Position numbers and translations under genes: made by a program
Notes under the pieces: generated by a model
Told to the model about the DNA's origin: nothing
The model's input: the letters and a program-made list of their open reading frames with translations, nothing else
Database searches by the model: none
Shown here: one piece after another, positions 55,133 to 64,000 of the stretch
How positions within the stretch are numbered: position 1 is the stretch's first letter
Layout of the letters: each line of letters begins with the position of its first letter
From: Thermoanaerobaculia bacterium
GTDB lineage: Bacteria; Acidobacteriota; Thermoanaerobaculia; Multivoradales; Multivoraceae
Assembly (NCBI GenBank): GCA_963664405.1
Contig: OY761158.1
Coordinates: forward strand, 554,038-618,037
DNA: 64,000 nucleotides
Direction of reading: 5' to 3'

Positions 55133-56205
55133 TTCTTGACAGGTTCCGCGATGATCTTGTGCTCGACTATCAAGAGGGCAAGGAAAAGTACGCCTATGAT
55201 CTTCGGTTCTCGCGGGGTGGGATTCGCAGATGGGTAACCAAAAGGCGAATGCCTCGCCATCAGTGCAAGTCGTGCAATCATGCATTTATACCGGTCGAAC
55301 CGAAGTCTCAACAGCGCCTCGGCCACAACCTGCTCGCTTGGGCCATGCACCAGCATGTCATCAACCGAACTTCCCTCGCGAACCTGACGATGACCGCACG
55401 TGAGTGTTTTGGCTTGGAACTCGGAGAATGGGACTTCCAGAGGCTGAAGTCAATGGCCGGGAAGTACTATCAAGAAACGTATGACAAGTTACTGAGTGAG
55501 CTGGTGGCGGGGCCTCTGCTTCATATCGACGAGACGAGTGTTTGGTTAAGAGGCCATGTCACCGGCTACGTGTGGGTATTCACAAGCATGGAGTCGGTCG
55601 TGTTCATGTACCGGTCTACGCGGGAAGGCGATTTTCTACACGACCTCTTGCGGACGTTCACGGGCGTAATGGTGACGGACTTCTATACGGCGTATGACTC
55701 GATACAGTGCCCACAGCAAAAATGCCTAGTGCACCTGATGTGGGATATCAATCGGGCGCTGCTTAAGCATCCGTTTGACGAGGAACTGAACGAACTTGGC
55801 AGGACGTTTGGGACTCTCATGCGAGATGTCGTCGGCACAATCGATCGATTTGGTTTGAAGGACCGGTATCTGAGAAAGCATCGAGAGCAAGCGTCGACAT
55901 GGCTTCGCGGACTGCGAGGGAGTCCGTGGAAATCGGTCATCGCGGAGAAGTTTCGTAAGAGGATTGTCAAGTACGACGATCGTCTATTCACTTTCCTCGA
56001 CTACGATGGCGTACCTTGGAATAACAACAACGCTGAGAATGCAATTAAGCCGTTTGCGAAGTACAGAAGACTGGTTCGGGGACGGATAACCGAGCCTGGA
56101 CTTCGCGACTATTTGGTGCTGCTGAGTATTGCCCACACATGCAAATACCGTAGCGTCTCACTGCTTGACTTTCTCTTGTCCGGGGCTCAGGAGATTCCTG
56201 ATTGA
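55133..56205 (+). pseudogene. C-terminal part of the fusion gene: second half of zf-IS66 + IS66-family DDE transposase domain
   Basis: ...HQCKSCNHAF. HIDETSVWLRG..GYVWVF, VMVTDFYTAYD, CLVHLMWDINRA, PWNNNNAENAIKPF. In frame with 51792-53493 once the IS3 is removed. Confidence 0.8.
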
Positions 56206-57419
56206 GCGGGCTCCGCCGGGGATCCTCCACTCTTAACTGTAATCGCGACTCTGGCACCCTCGCTGCCGGATATGCGCTCGGCAACCAGGGAGTCGAGAGG
56301 GCGCCGGTAGAGGCTGGTCTCGGCTCCCTCGCGACGGACGAAGACCACCATCCGACCGTCCGGAGAGAGCGCGAAGGGCTGATCCGGAGCTGCCTCGAGG
56401 TCGAGAGCCGTGACCGTCCAGGTGTCGCCCGAGGCAGCGTCGCTCGCCGCATCGCCTCCATCTCGGAACAGGACGAAGCCCAAGACAAGACCGACCACCA
56501 CGGCGAGGGCGAGGACGAGGACCGCCAACACCGGTCGCCTGGTAGGCACCGTCTCGGTCTCGGGCTTATCGGTAAGGGCCTCGAGTTCGAGGGCCAGGTC
56601 GTGGGCGTGCCAGCGCCGCTCGGGAGCCTTCTCGAGGCAGCGACTCACCAGCCAGTCGAGGCGATCGGGAGCGACTGGCCGCCGCTCCCGTAACGGCTCC
56701 GGCTCGCTGGTCATGATCGCGGCCATGAGCCTCACCTGGGATTCCCCGGCAAAGGGTCGCGCTCCGGTCACCATCTCGTAGAGGACAGCACCCAGCCCCC
56801 AGATGTCCGAGCGCTCGTCGGCCTCCTTGCCTTCGAGCTGCTCAGGGGCCATGTACTGGAGCGTCCCCAGGATCGAGCCTTCGCCGGTCAGGGGCTGCGT
56901 GACGGTCGGGGTCTGTGTATCCCCCACGGCCAGCCCGGAGTGAACCACGCCCTTGGCGAGGCCGAAGTCCAGAACCTTGGCTCCGTCTCGGGTCAGCATG
57001 ACATTGCCAGGTTTGAGGTCCCGGTGGATCACTCCGTGACGATGGGCGGCATCGATGGCCTCGGCGATCTCCGAACCGATCGTCGCCACCTCCTCTAGGG
57101 GCAGGGCGCCGCGTCGAAGCCGGTCCTCGAGAGTTTCGCCCTCCAGGTACTCCATGACCAGGTAATCGACACCGTCTTCGCTGCCAATGTCGTGGAGGGT
57201 ACAGATGTTGGGATGGCTCAGCTGCGAGAGGCTCTTCGCTTCACGCTCCAGCCGCTGGCGGTAGAGCGTGTCCTGCCCGAGCTCCTCAGGCAGTACCTTG
57301 ATCGCGACATCCCGCTCCAGGCGTGTGTCACGACCCAGGTACACCTCTCCCATGCCGCCCTTTCCGCGCAGCTCGACGATCTCGTAGGGACCGAGGCGGG
57401 AGCCTGGTTCTAGAGCCAT
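56187..57419 (-). CDS. Ser/Thr protein kinase, truncated paralog of 57583-60249
   Basis: HRDLKPGNVML, DFGLAK, APE. Collinear with the long paralog to ...ERISGSEGAR (about 56250), then unrelated sequence from the AT-rich insert. Confidence 0.85.
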   Translation of the reverse strand: MALEPGSRLGPYEIVELRGKGGMGEVYLGRDTRLERDVAIKVLPEELGQDTLYRQRLEREAKSLSQLSHPNICTLHDIGSEDGVDYLVMEYLEGETLEDRLRRGALPLEEVATIGSEIAEAIDAAHRHGVIHRDLKPGNVMLTRDGAKVLDFGLAKGVVHSGLAVGDTQTPTVTQPLTGEGSILGTLQYMAPEQLEGKEADERSDIWGLGAVLYEMVTGARPFAGESQVRLMAAIMTSEPEPLRERRPVAPDRLDWLVSRCLEKAPERRWHAHDLALELEALTDKPETETVPTRRPVLAVLVLALAVVVGLVLGFVLFRDGGDAASDAASGDTWTVTALDLEAAPDQPFALSPDGRMVVFVRREGAETSLYRRPLDSLVAERISGSEGARVAITVKSGGSPAEPAQSGIS

Positions 57420-57575
57420 GACTTGGCGACATCTTACCCGTCGCCCGGTGGAATCAGCGGCTCGGAGCTCGATCTGTGCTGTCGCACCTCACCCGGAAGT
57501 GCGACACCGCCCCGATTTCGGGGCCTATCGACTTTCAGCTATGCCTGTCGCACTCCGCCAGCAAAGGCGACAAGG
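57420..57575 (+). repeat. REP-like triple-hairpin unit
   Basis: GGCGAC(57425-30)/GTCGCC(57440-45). GTCGCAC(57481-87)/GTGCGAC(57499-505). TGTCGC(57546-51)/GCGACA(57567-72). Confidence 0.65.
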
Positions 57576-57582
57576 CCCGCGC

Positions 57583-60249
57583 TCACGAGCCCCCATCGGA
57601 GAACATCTCGAGCACCTTGGCCCGCCAGTTCTGGATGAAGACTCGACGCTCCTCCTCGTCCTCTGCCGCCTGGATCATGAGGAAGCGACCGTCGGGGTGG
57701 ATATCGTAGTTCTGGAAGCGGGTGGCCACGCGCAGGTACTCATCCACGAAGAGTGGCTCGGGACGGCGGGTGACGAGACGCTCGCCGGTGATCTCGACCG
57801 GGAGCGTCATCATGTGGGTCGGGCTGCGATAGAGGATCTCCCGGCCTTCGGGGGAGAAGCTCGCCTCCTCGCCGCCGTCGAAGGTGAGCTGGCGCGGCTC
57901 GCCGGGACCGGGGAAGGGCCGAATCCAGACGTTCGCTTGTCCCTCAACGCGCACCGAGTAGGCGATCCAACGTCCGGCGGGGTGGAAGCGGGCGGCGTGG
58001 ACCTGCTTCCCCTCGAGGAGGGTTTCGGACTCCCCGCTCTGCCGGTCGAAGACCCAGAGCCCGTTGACATCGAGGAGGCCCGTGTAGAGCAGGTAGCGCC
58101 CGTCCGGGGAGAAGTCGAGCGGGAGTTGGTTGTGCTCCGACGGTACGAGACGCTCCGCAGAGGACCTGCGATCGGCGGGCTGGATGTAGATCTGCCGGCG
58201 TCCCTCGAAGCGATCCGACGCGAAGACGATCTCCCGTCCGTCGGGGGGCACCCACATCGCGCCAGTGTTGCGATTCCCCTCCTGGGTCGGGCGGGTCCAG
58301 GAGCCGGTCCCGAGGTCGAGCATCCACTGCTCATTATTCCCCCTGGCGTTGCGGGCTGCCACCGAGATCCGGCGCCAGTCCAGGGAATGTCGCGGCCTCG
58401 AGAAAGGCTTGCGCTCTGGCGCCACCTCCTCGATGTCCAGGCCGTCCCGACTCACCCAGACCAGGCGGTCCCCATTCCGACTCCCGAGGACGTAGAGCAG
58501 GTCGCCCGAGTCGGCGAGCGCGAAGCGGCCGCCGGCACCGACGCTGCCGGGGGACGGGGCCACCCCGGTCTCGACCTGACGCGCTGGGCCGAGGAGGTCG
58601 GCGGTCTCGGGATCGATCGGCACCGCCCACAGTCCGCCTTCGCGATAGAAGACCAAAACCCCCGGATTGAGATAGCGCGGCTGCGTCCCAGGGAGGAGAA
58701 CCCGTTCCTTGCCGGTCTCGAGGTCCACCGCCAGCACATCGCGCCCGAAGCCGTCCTGACGCTCGGATCTCGATTGGGTCAGGGCGATCCGTTCACCAGG
58801 CAGAAGCGCTGCCCCGTCGCCATGTCGTCCCACCTGCTCGGGGACACCCCCACCCGCCGGAATCCGCCATAGCTCGCGAGACGTGGCGCTGCCTATCTCA
58901 GGCGTGTAGTAGAGGAAGCCGTCGCGCCCCCAGACAGCGGCTGCGCGGATCCGGATCCCTTCCACCAGAGCGCTGGCGCCGCCTCCACCCTCCACGCGAA
59001 GCGTCTTCAGACTGCCCCCGGCGTCCACGAAGGCAAGCTGTTTGCCGTCGGGCGAGAAGATCGGGCTGCGGGCACCGTCGCTGCCGGAGATGCGCTCGAC
59101 GACCAGGGAGCCGAGAGAGCGCCGGTAGAGGCTGGTCTCGGCTCCCTCGCGACGACGGAAAACCACCATCCGACCGTCCGGAGAGAGCACTGCGGGCTCA
59201 TCCGGAGCTGCCTCGAGGTCGAGAGCCGTGACCGTCCAGGTGTCGTCGGAGGCAGCGTCGCTCGCCGCATCGCCTCCATCTCGGAACAGGACGAAGCCCA
59301 AGACAAGACCGACCACCAGGGCAAGGAGGCCGAAGGCACCGGCGAGGACCGCCGATACCTGACGCTTGGCAGGCGCCGTCTCGGTCTCGGGCCTATCGGT
59401 AAGGGCCTCGAGCTCCAGGGCCAGGTCGTGGGCGGAATGCCAGCGACGCTCGGGGGCCTTCTCGAGACAGCGGCTCACCAGCCAGTCGAGGCGGTCGGGA
59501 GCCACTGGCCGCCGCTCCCGTAACGGCTCCGGCTCGCTGGTCATGATGGCCGCCATGAGCCTCACCTGGGATTCCCCGGCAAAGGGTCGCGCTCCGGTCA
59601 CCATCTCGTAGAGGACCGCACCCAGACCCCAGATGTCCGAGCGCTCGTCGGCCTCTTTGCCTTCGAGCTGCTCCGGGGCCATGTATTGAAGGGTCCCCAG
59701 GATCGAGCCTTCGCCGGTCAGGGGCTGCGTGACGGTCGGGGTCTGTGTATCCCCCACGGCCAGTCCGGCGTGAACCACGCCCTTGGCGAGGCCGAAGTCC
59801 AGGACCTTGGCTCCGTCTCGGGTCAGCATGACGTTGCCGGGCTTGAGATCGCGGTGGACTACTCCGTGACGATGGGCGGCATCGATGGCCTCGGCGATCT
59901 GCGATCCGATCGCCGCCACCTCATCCAGCGGCAGGGCGCCGCGTCGAAGCCGACCCTCGAGGGTCTCGCCCTCCAGGTACTCCATGACCAAAAAGTCGAC
60001 ACCGTCTTCGCTGCCAATGTCGTGGAGGGTACAGATGTGGGGATGGCTCAGCTGCGAGAGGCTCTTCGCTTCACGCTCGAGCCGCTGGCGGTAGAGCGTG
60101 TCCTGCCCGAGCTCCTCAGGCAGCACCTTGATCGCTACATCCCGCTCCAGGCGTGTGTCGCGGCCCAGGTACACCTCTCCCATGCCGCCCTTGCCGCGCA
60201 GCTCGACGATCTCGTACGGACCGAGGCGGGAGCCTGGTTCTAGAGCCAT
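57583..60249 (-). CDS. Ser/Thr protein kinase with TM segment and C-terminal TolB/PD40-type beta-propeller
   Basis: Kinase core as above. TM AVLAGAFGLLALVVGLVLGFVLF. Repeated SPDG / FSPDGR motifs. ATG 60249 matches the paralog start. The longest ORF starts at 60324. Confidence 0.9.
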   Translation of the reverse strand: MALEPGSRLGPYEIVELRGKGGMGEVYLGRDTRLERDVAIKVLPEELGQDTLYRQRLEREAKSLSQLSHPHICTLHDIGSEDGVDFLVMEYLEGETLEGRLRRGALPLDEVAAIGSQIAEAIDAAHRHGVVHRDLKPGNVMLTRDGAKVLDFGLAKGVVHAGLAVGDTQTPTVTQPLTGEGSILGTLQYMAPEQLEGKEADERSDIWGLGAVLYEMVTGARPFAGESQVRLMAAIMTSEPEPLRERRPVAPDRLDWLVSRCLEKAPERRWHSAHDLALELEALTDRPETETAPAKRQVSAVLAGAFGLLALVVGLVLGFVLFRDGGDAASDAASDDTWTVTALDLEAAPDEPAVLSPDGRMVVFRRREGAETSLYRRSLGSLVVERISGSDGARSPIFSPDGKQLAFVDAGGSLKTLRVEGGGGASALVEGIRIRAAAVWGRDGFLYYTPEIGSATSRELWRIPAGGGVPEQVGRHGDGAALLPGERIALTQSRSERQDGFGRDVLAVDLETGKERVLLPGTQPRYLNPGVLVFYREGGLWAVPIDPETADLLGPARQVETGVAPSPGSVGAGGRFALADSGDLLYVLGSRNGDRLVWVSRDGLDIEEVAPERKPFSRPRHSLDWRRISVAARNARGNNEQWMLDLGTGSWTRPTQEGNRNTGAMWVPPDGREIVFASDRFEGRRQIYIQPADRRSSAERLVPSEHNQLPLDFSPDGRYLLYTGLLDVNGLWVFDRQSGESETLLEGKQVHAARFHPAGRWIAYSVRVEGQANVWIRPFPGPGEPRQLTFDGGEEASFSPEGREILYRSPTHMMTLPVEITGERLVTRRPEPLFVDEYLRVATRFQNYDIHPDGRFLMIQAAEDEEERRVFIQNWRAKVLEMFSDGGS

Positions 60250-60395
60250 GAGTTGGCGACATCTTACAGTCGCCCGGTGGATCAGCGGCTCAGAGCTCGA
60301 TCTGTGCTGTCGCAGAGCACCCAAAAGTGCGACAGCGGGAGGCTTATTCGCTTCGAGCTATTCTTGTCGTGGTCCGCCCCCAAATGCGACAGTCT
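60250..60395 (+). repeat. REP-like triple-hairpin unit
   Basis: TTGGCGACATCTTACAGTCGCCC...CTGTCGCAGAGCACCCAAAAGTGCGACAG...CTTGTCGTGGTCCGCCCCCAAATGCGACAG. Confidence 0.65.
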
Positions 60396-60421
60396 CGTCC
60401 GACTTGCGCCGCGCCGGCTCT

Positions 60422-61068
60422 TCAGGCTCTGGCAAGCAGAGCTTCCGTAAGGCCGACGTGTCTGGGCATCCCGATCTGCTCGTAAATGGTGAGCGCCTCT
60501 TCCAGGAGCCGATGCGCCCGAGCCGTGTCGTCGGGGGCGGCACGTTCGAGGAGCATATCCGCGTACCAACGACGGGCGTCCGCCTGCTCACTCTTGAAAG
60601 GGATTCTCTCGGCCTGGTCGAGAGCCTCTCGGAAGTGCTCTTCAGCGCGATCCCAATCGCCGAGGCAGGAGGCCCCGATGCCGGCAGTCGTCTGCAGGAG
60701 CCGCGGAACGTTAGGCGGGATGAGCGTGCCGGTATCGATGGCTCTCTCGAGCATCGGGTAGAGCTCAGCGGCCCGGTCCCGCTCTCCCATGATGGCGAGC
60801 GCCTCTGTAGCGCCCAGTAGAATGGACCAAGCACCGTTGGCGTTCGGGCCGGAGCCTCGAGGAAGGGCGTCTTCCGAGTCAACGAGGGCGAGCACCTCGC
60901 TTCGTCGACCGAGATAGCCGGAGACGAGGAGCAACGAGGACGTGGTGACGCCGTAGAGCGCCCCGACCGGCTCTCCTCTCACGGCTTCTTCCAAAAGGTC
61001 GTACGCCGCCTTCCAGTCGCCTCTCCAGAACGCAGCCAAACCACGCCACCCTCGCGCGAACGAATGCC
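60422..61068 (-). pseudogene. C-terminal TPR region of a large regulatory protein, 5' part removed by IS91 unit B
   Basis: TPR-like helices (GDWKAAYDLLEEAV, GDWDRAEEHFREALDQAE, RAHRLLEEALTIYEQIG). The frame stays open upstream to the IS91-unit boundary at 61069. Confidence 0.7.
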
Positions 61069-61233
61069 AAGGCTTGAACGAAGGCCGCTGCGCGGCAGTT
61101 CCGGACGATGAGTCGAAGATCGTGGTCGTAGCGCCGGGCGTGAGCAGGGCCGAGAGTTAGCCACGGTCGAGGAAAGTCTCCATCCTCTTGGTTTGGCGTC
61201 AATGCCGACGCCTGCAACGAGGAGGACCCTGTC

Positions 61234-62094
61234 ATGGGTGCACTGAGAGATCGGATGGAGACGGACATGAAGCTGCACGACTTTCGACCGGCGACCCAAT
61301 CGCAGTACTTGCACTGCGTGCGCCGGCTGGCGAAGCACTACGGGCGCTCGCCCGATAAGCTGTGCGAAGAGGAGGTGCGCAGTTTCCTGCTCTACCTCCG
61401 CGAGGACCGTGCTTTGAGCTCGGCGAGTATCAGCACCTACACGGCGGCGCTGAAGTTCTTCTACGGGATCACCCTTCACCGCGAGGAGATGGTGCCCTCG
61501 TTAGGCGCGCCGAAGGTGCGCACGCAGCTTCCGGTCATCCTCTCGGGCACCGAGGTCGCGGCGGTGCTTGGCGCGATCCGCTCGCACGAGCTGCGTACGT
61601 TGGCCACGGTTCTGTACGCTTCGGGCCTGCGCATCAGCGAAGCGTGCGCGCTGGAGGTGTCAGACATCGACTCCGAGCGCATGCTGATCCATGTGCGCGA
61701 CGGTAAGGGCGGCCGCGACCGCTTCGCCCTTCTCAGCCCGCAGCTGCTCAAGGTGCTGCGTCGATACTTCCGCAAAGAGCGCCCCGAGCCGCCCTATCTG
61801 TTTCCCGCTCCGCGCTCCGGCAAGACGTTGCGCCCCGACACGGTGCGTAAGAGCCTGCATCGGGCGGCTTTGCGCTGCGGGATTGTCAAGCGTGTGACCC
61901 CACACCTGCTGCGTCACTGCTTTGGCGCCCACATGCTGGAACTGGGCACTGATATCCGTGTGCTGCAGGCGCTGTTGGGTCACCGCTCGATCCGCACGAC
62001 CCAGCTGTACGTACAGGTCTCCACCCAGCTGATCGCGCGCACCCCAAGCCCGTTGGACCTGCTCGGCACTCCCGCGGGCAAGGTCCTCGGATAA
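61234..62094 (+). CDS. Tyrosine site-specific recombinase
   Basis: Differs from 42970-43830 by one residue (PDELCEE vs PDKLCEE). Confidence 0.9.
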   Translation: MGALRDRMETDMKLHDFRPATQSQYLHCVRRLAKHYGRSPDKLCEEEVRSFLLYLREDRALSSASISTYTAALKFFYGITLHREEMVPSLGAPKVRTQLPVILSGTEVAAVLGAIRSHELRTLATVLYASGLRISEACALEVSDIDSERMLIHVRDGKGGRDRFALLSPQLLKVLRRYFRKERPEPPYLFPAPRSGKTLRPDTVRKSLHRAALRCGIVKRVTPHLLRHCFGAHMLELGTDIRVLQALLGHRSIRTTQLYVQVSTQLIARTPSPLDLLGTPAGKVLG

Positions 62095-62112
62095 CCGCGC
62101 GCTACAGCAACC

Positions 62113-63339
62113 GTGCACCCCCAGCAGGGGTGCGCTCGGCAGCTCGACCGCAAAGCGGGTCGGTCTCGCTATGACCTGGGCGAGATCTTCCGGGCGCACA
62201 TCGACGCCTTCCGTGACCGCCACTTCTTGAGTCCTTTACAGGCTCAGGTGGTGCGGGCGATCTGTGCCTGCCGCACCGCGCAGCTGGGCGGGCATCTGGA
62301 CGTGTGTCGGGACTGCGGCTATAGGCGCCCTGCGTATAACTCATGCCGGAATCGTCACTGCCCCAAGTGCCAGGCGCTGGATCAGCACCGTTGGCTCGAG
62401 CGGCGCCTGTCTCGCATTCTCCCGGTCGGCTACTTTCACGTCGTCTTCACCCTGCCGGGGGAGCTCGCCTCAGTGGGTCTGCGCAACCGCCGCCTTGTCT
62501 ACGAGCTGCTCTTCCGAGCCGCGGCGGAAACGCTTCTGACCCTCGGCAAGGATCCCCAACGGCTCGGAGCCCTGCTCGGCATCACGATGGTGCTGCACAC
62601 CTGGACTCGGGACCTGCGTTTCCACCCCCATATCCACGCCATCGTCACCGGCGGAGGACTCAGCCTCGACGGACGGCGGTGGCTCTCGACGGGCGAGAAG
62701 TATCTGTTTGCCGTCAAGCTTCTGGGGAGGCTGTACCGCGGTAAGTTTCTCGGCCACCTGGCCCGTGCCTACAAAGACGGACAGCTCGACCTGCCACGAG
62801 ATCTGGCCGAGGACGGTGGCTTCGATCGCCTGCTGTCGAAGCTCTACGCCAAGGACTTCATCGTCTACGCCAAGCGTCCCTTCGCCGGTGCGCAGCAGGT
62901 CTTCTCCTACCTGGGCCGCTATACCCATCGAGTCGCACTGTCCAACCACAGAATCCTCAACGTCACGGAGCAGGCCATCACCCTCGCCACGCGCGATGGC
63001 AAGACCGTGACGCTCTCTCCCGAGGAGCTCATCCGCCGCTTTGTGCTGCACGTCCTGCCCCGACGATTCCAAAAGATTCGCCACTATGGACTCATGGCCT
63101 CGGCCAACGTCCACTCTCGCCTCGAGCGAGCCCGCGCTCTGCTCGAGTCCACCGCCACAGCGACCCAGGCCGAAACCTCCCACCCCATCCCCATCGAGTC
63201 GGAAACCACAAACGAGCTCCTCCAACGCCTCACCGGCATCGACCTCGCGATCTGTCCCGCCTGCCAAGGTCCCCGCCTCCAACGTTTCCCCCTCGACACT
63301 CCTGCCTACGCCCGGCCTCCACCGGTGGCGGCCGCGTGA
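62113..63339 (+). CDS. IS91-family transposase (diverged allele)
   Basis: Same length and motifs as 43849-45075 but with many substitutions between about codon 15 and codon 330. Confidence 0.9.
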   Translation: MHPQQGCARQLDRKAGRSRYDLGEIFRAHIDAFRDRHFLSPLQAQVVRAICACRTAQLGGHLDVCRDCGYRRPAYNSCRNRHCPKCQALDQHRWLERRLSRILPVGYFHVVFTLPGELASVGLRNRRLVYELLFRAAAETLLTLGKDPQRLGALLGITMVLHTWTRDLRFHPHIHAIVTGGGLSLDGRRWLSTGEKYLFAVKLLGRLYRGKFLGHLARAYKDGQLDLPRDLAEDGGFDRLLSKLYAKDFIVYAKRPFAGAQQVFSYLGRYTHRVALSNHRILNVTEQAITLATRDGKTVTLSPEELIRRFVLHVLPRRFQKIRHYGLMASANVHSRLERARALLESTATATQAETSHPIPIESETTNELLQRLTGIDLAICPACQGPRLQRFPLDTPAYARPPPVAAA

Positions 63340-63859
63340 TCGCGCGCCTTTCTCTTCCCGCGCTCCCGGTCCCGCCGCGGACAAGGCGGAGGTGTGCCCG
63401 CGGTGGCTCCGAACCCAAAATCGAGACGCCGGTGGACCTCCCAGGGGCCGCGCAGGCGCCTGACCGCAACCCAGTGCACCTCTGGAACTACCTCACAACC
63501 CTCGACCTGGGGCGCGTCGCGCGCAGCACAGCCTGCCAACGAGGCTGATAACCCCATACACAACCGCTCGTCTGGCGGCCTCCGCTCAAGCCAGGTCTAG
63601 CAGAATCCCGCTCGGGTAGATCCGCGCGACGACGAACCTCCTGCCTCGCGGGACTCTGCGAGATCCTTCTCCATAAGACGACACCGATGCTCGGAAAGGC
63701 CAGTAGACGTTGGACCGTCGTGTTGGCCCAGGGGCGAAAGGCGACAGTTTGTCGCGATATGTGCGTGGGTGCGACACCCATACCTGGATGACGACTCAGT
63801 CGAGCGCCACTTCGGCTTCCATGGGGCTGAGGGGAGAGGGCGCTTTCGGTCGCTCTCCA

Positions 63860-64000
63860 CTACTCCGCCAGAAGCTCTTCGATGCTCCAGTAGGCCGTCC
63901 GGCCGCTATGCTGGTCGCGAATGTGCTCTACCGTCTCCGGCGCGATCGCGGCGCTTGATGAGCCGAAACGGATACGGACGAAGCTGAGCAAGGCCGCCAC
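63860..64000 (-). CDS. 3' end of an unidentified gene (46 codons, starts beyond the window)
   Basis: Open minus-strand frame from 64000 to TAG 63862-63860: ...APETVEHIRDQHSGRTAYWSIEELLAE. Confidence 0.3.
   Translation of the reverse strand: MAALLSFVRIRFGSSSAAIAPETVEHIRDQHSGRTAYWSIEELLAE

Larger units (their letters stand above)
61069..63672 (+). mobile_element. Tyrosine-recombinase + IS91-family unit, copy B
   Basis: See copy A. Direct orientation, 15.66 kb apart. Confidence 0.85.

Noticed and set aside
56205-56250. Terminal inverted repeats of the IS66-like element (compared 51500-51790 with 56205-56250)
   Set aside because: There is only a 9/15 chance-level match (CGACTACATTATTGG versus CGATTACAGTTAAGA) and no GTAA-type IS66 ends. 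The element limits are left undefined.
45419-60395. CRISPR array interpretation of the TGTCGCA...TGCGACA hairpin repeats
   Set aside because: The units are dispersed over 15 kb between genes, are not regularly spaced, and the sequences between the hairpins are themselves conserved. No cas genes are present.

Overview
High-GC bacterial chromosomal segment. It has a housekeeping core at about 11.5-26 kb (selD fusion, lepA, msrP, epmB-efp-epmA, clpS-clpA, rpsD) and a stretch of small enzyme genes at 26-37.5 kb. Both sit in very IS-dense DNA. There are two identical inverted IS21-family copies: 397-5794, which carries a nested ISAzo13, and 39300-42689, which is inserted in an IS110 transposase gene. 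There are two direct copies of a tyrosine-recombinase + IS91-family unit (42805-45408, 61069-63672). There is also an IS30 plus a duplicated IS30 end, an IS3 fragment, a complete IS3 and an IS66-type gene. Main observations: (1) a Prx/AhpC-like gene at 32541-33053(-) whose CxxC positions are two in-frame TGA codons (UxxU, SelL-like selenoprotein candidate), in a window that also carries selD. (2) Four TA-flanked 142-161 bp palindromic elements with a shared core, compensatory stem changes and strand-consistent G-T wobbles. (3) A 924-codon gene, split by the IS3, that fuses a Cas4/RecB-like nuclease and an RNase H-like exonuclease to an IS66-type DDE transposase, in visibly AT-richer DNA. (4) A four-ORF IS21 variant. 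(5) REP-like multi-hairpin repeats at 45-64 kb. (6) IS-mediated truncation of a C39 bacteriocin-type ABC exporter, a cytochrome c, a kinase paralog and a TPR gene. No rRNA, tRNA or CRISPR array was recognised. Many long ORFs in the track are antisense artefacts of the high GC content.
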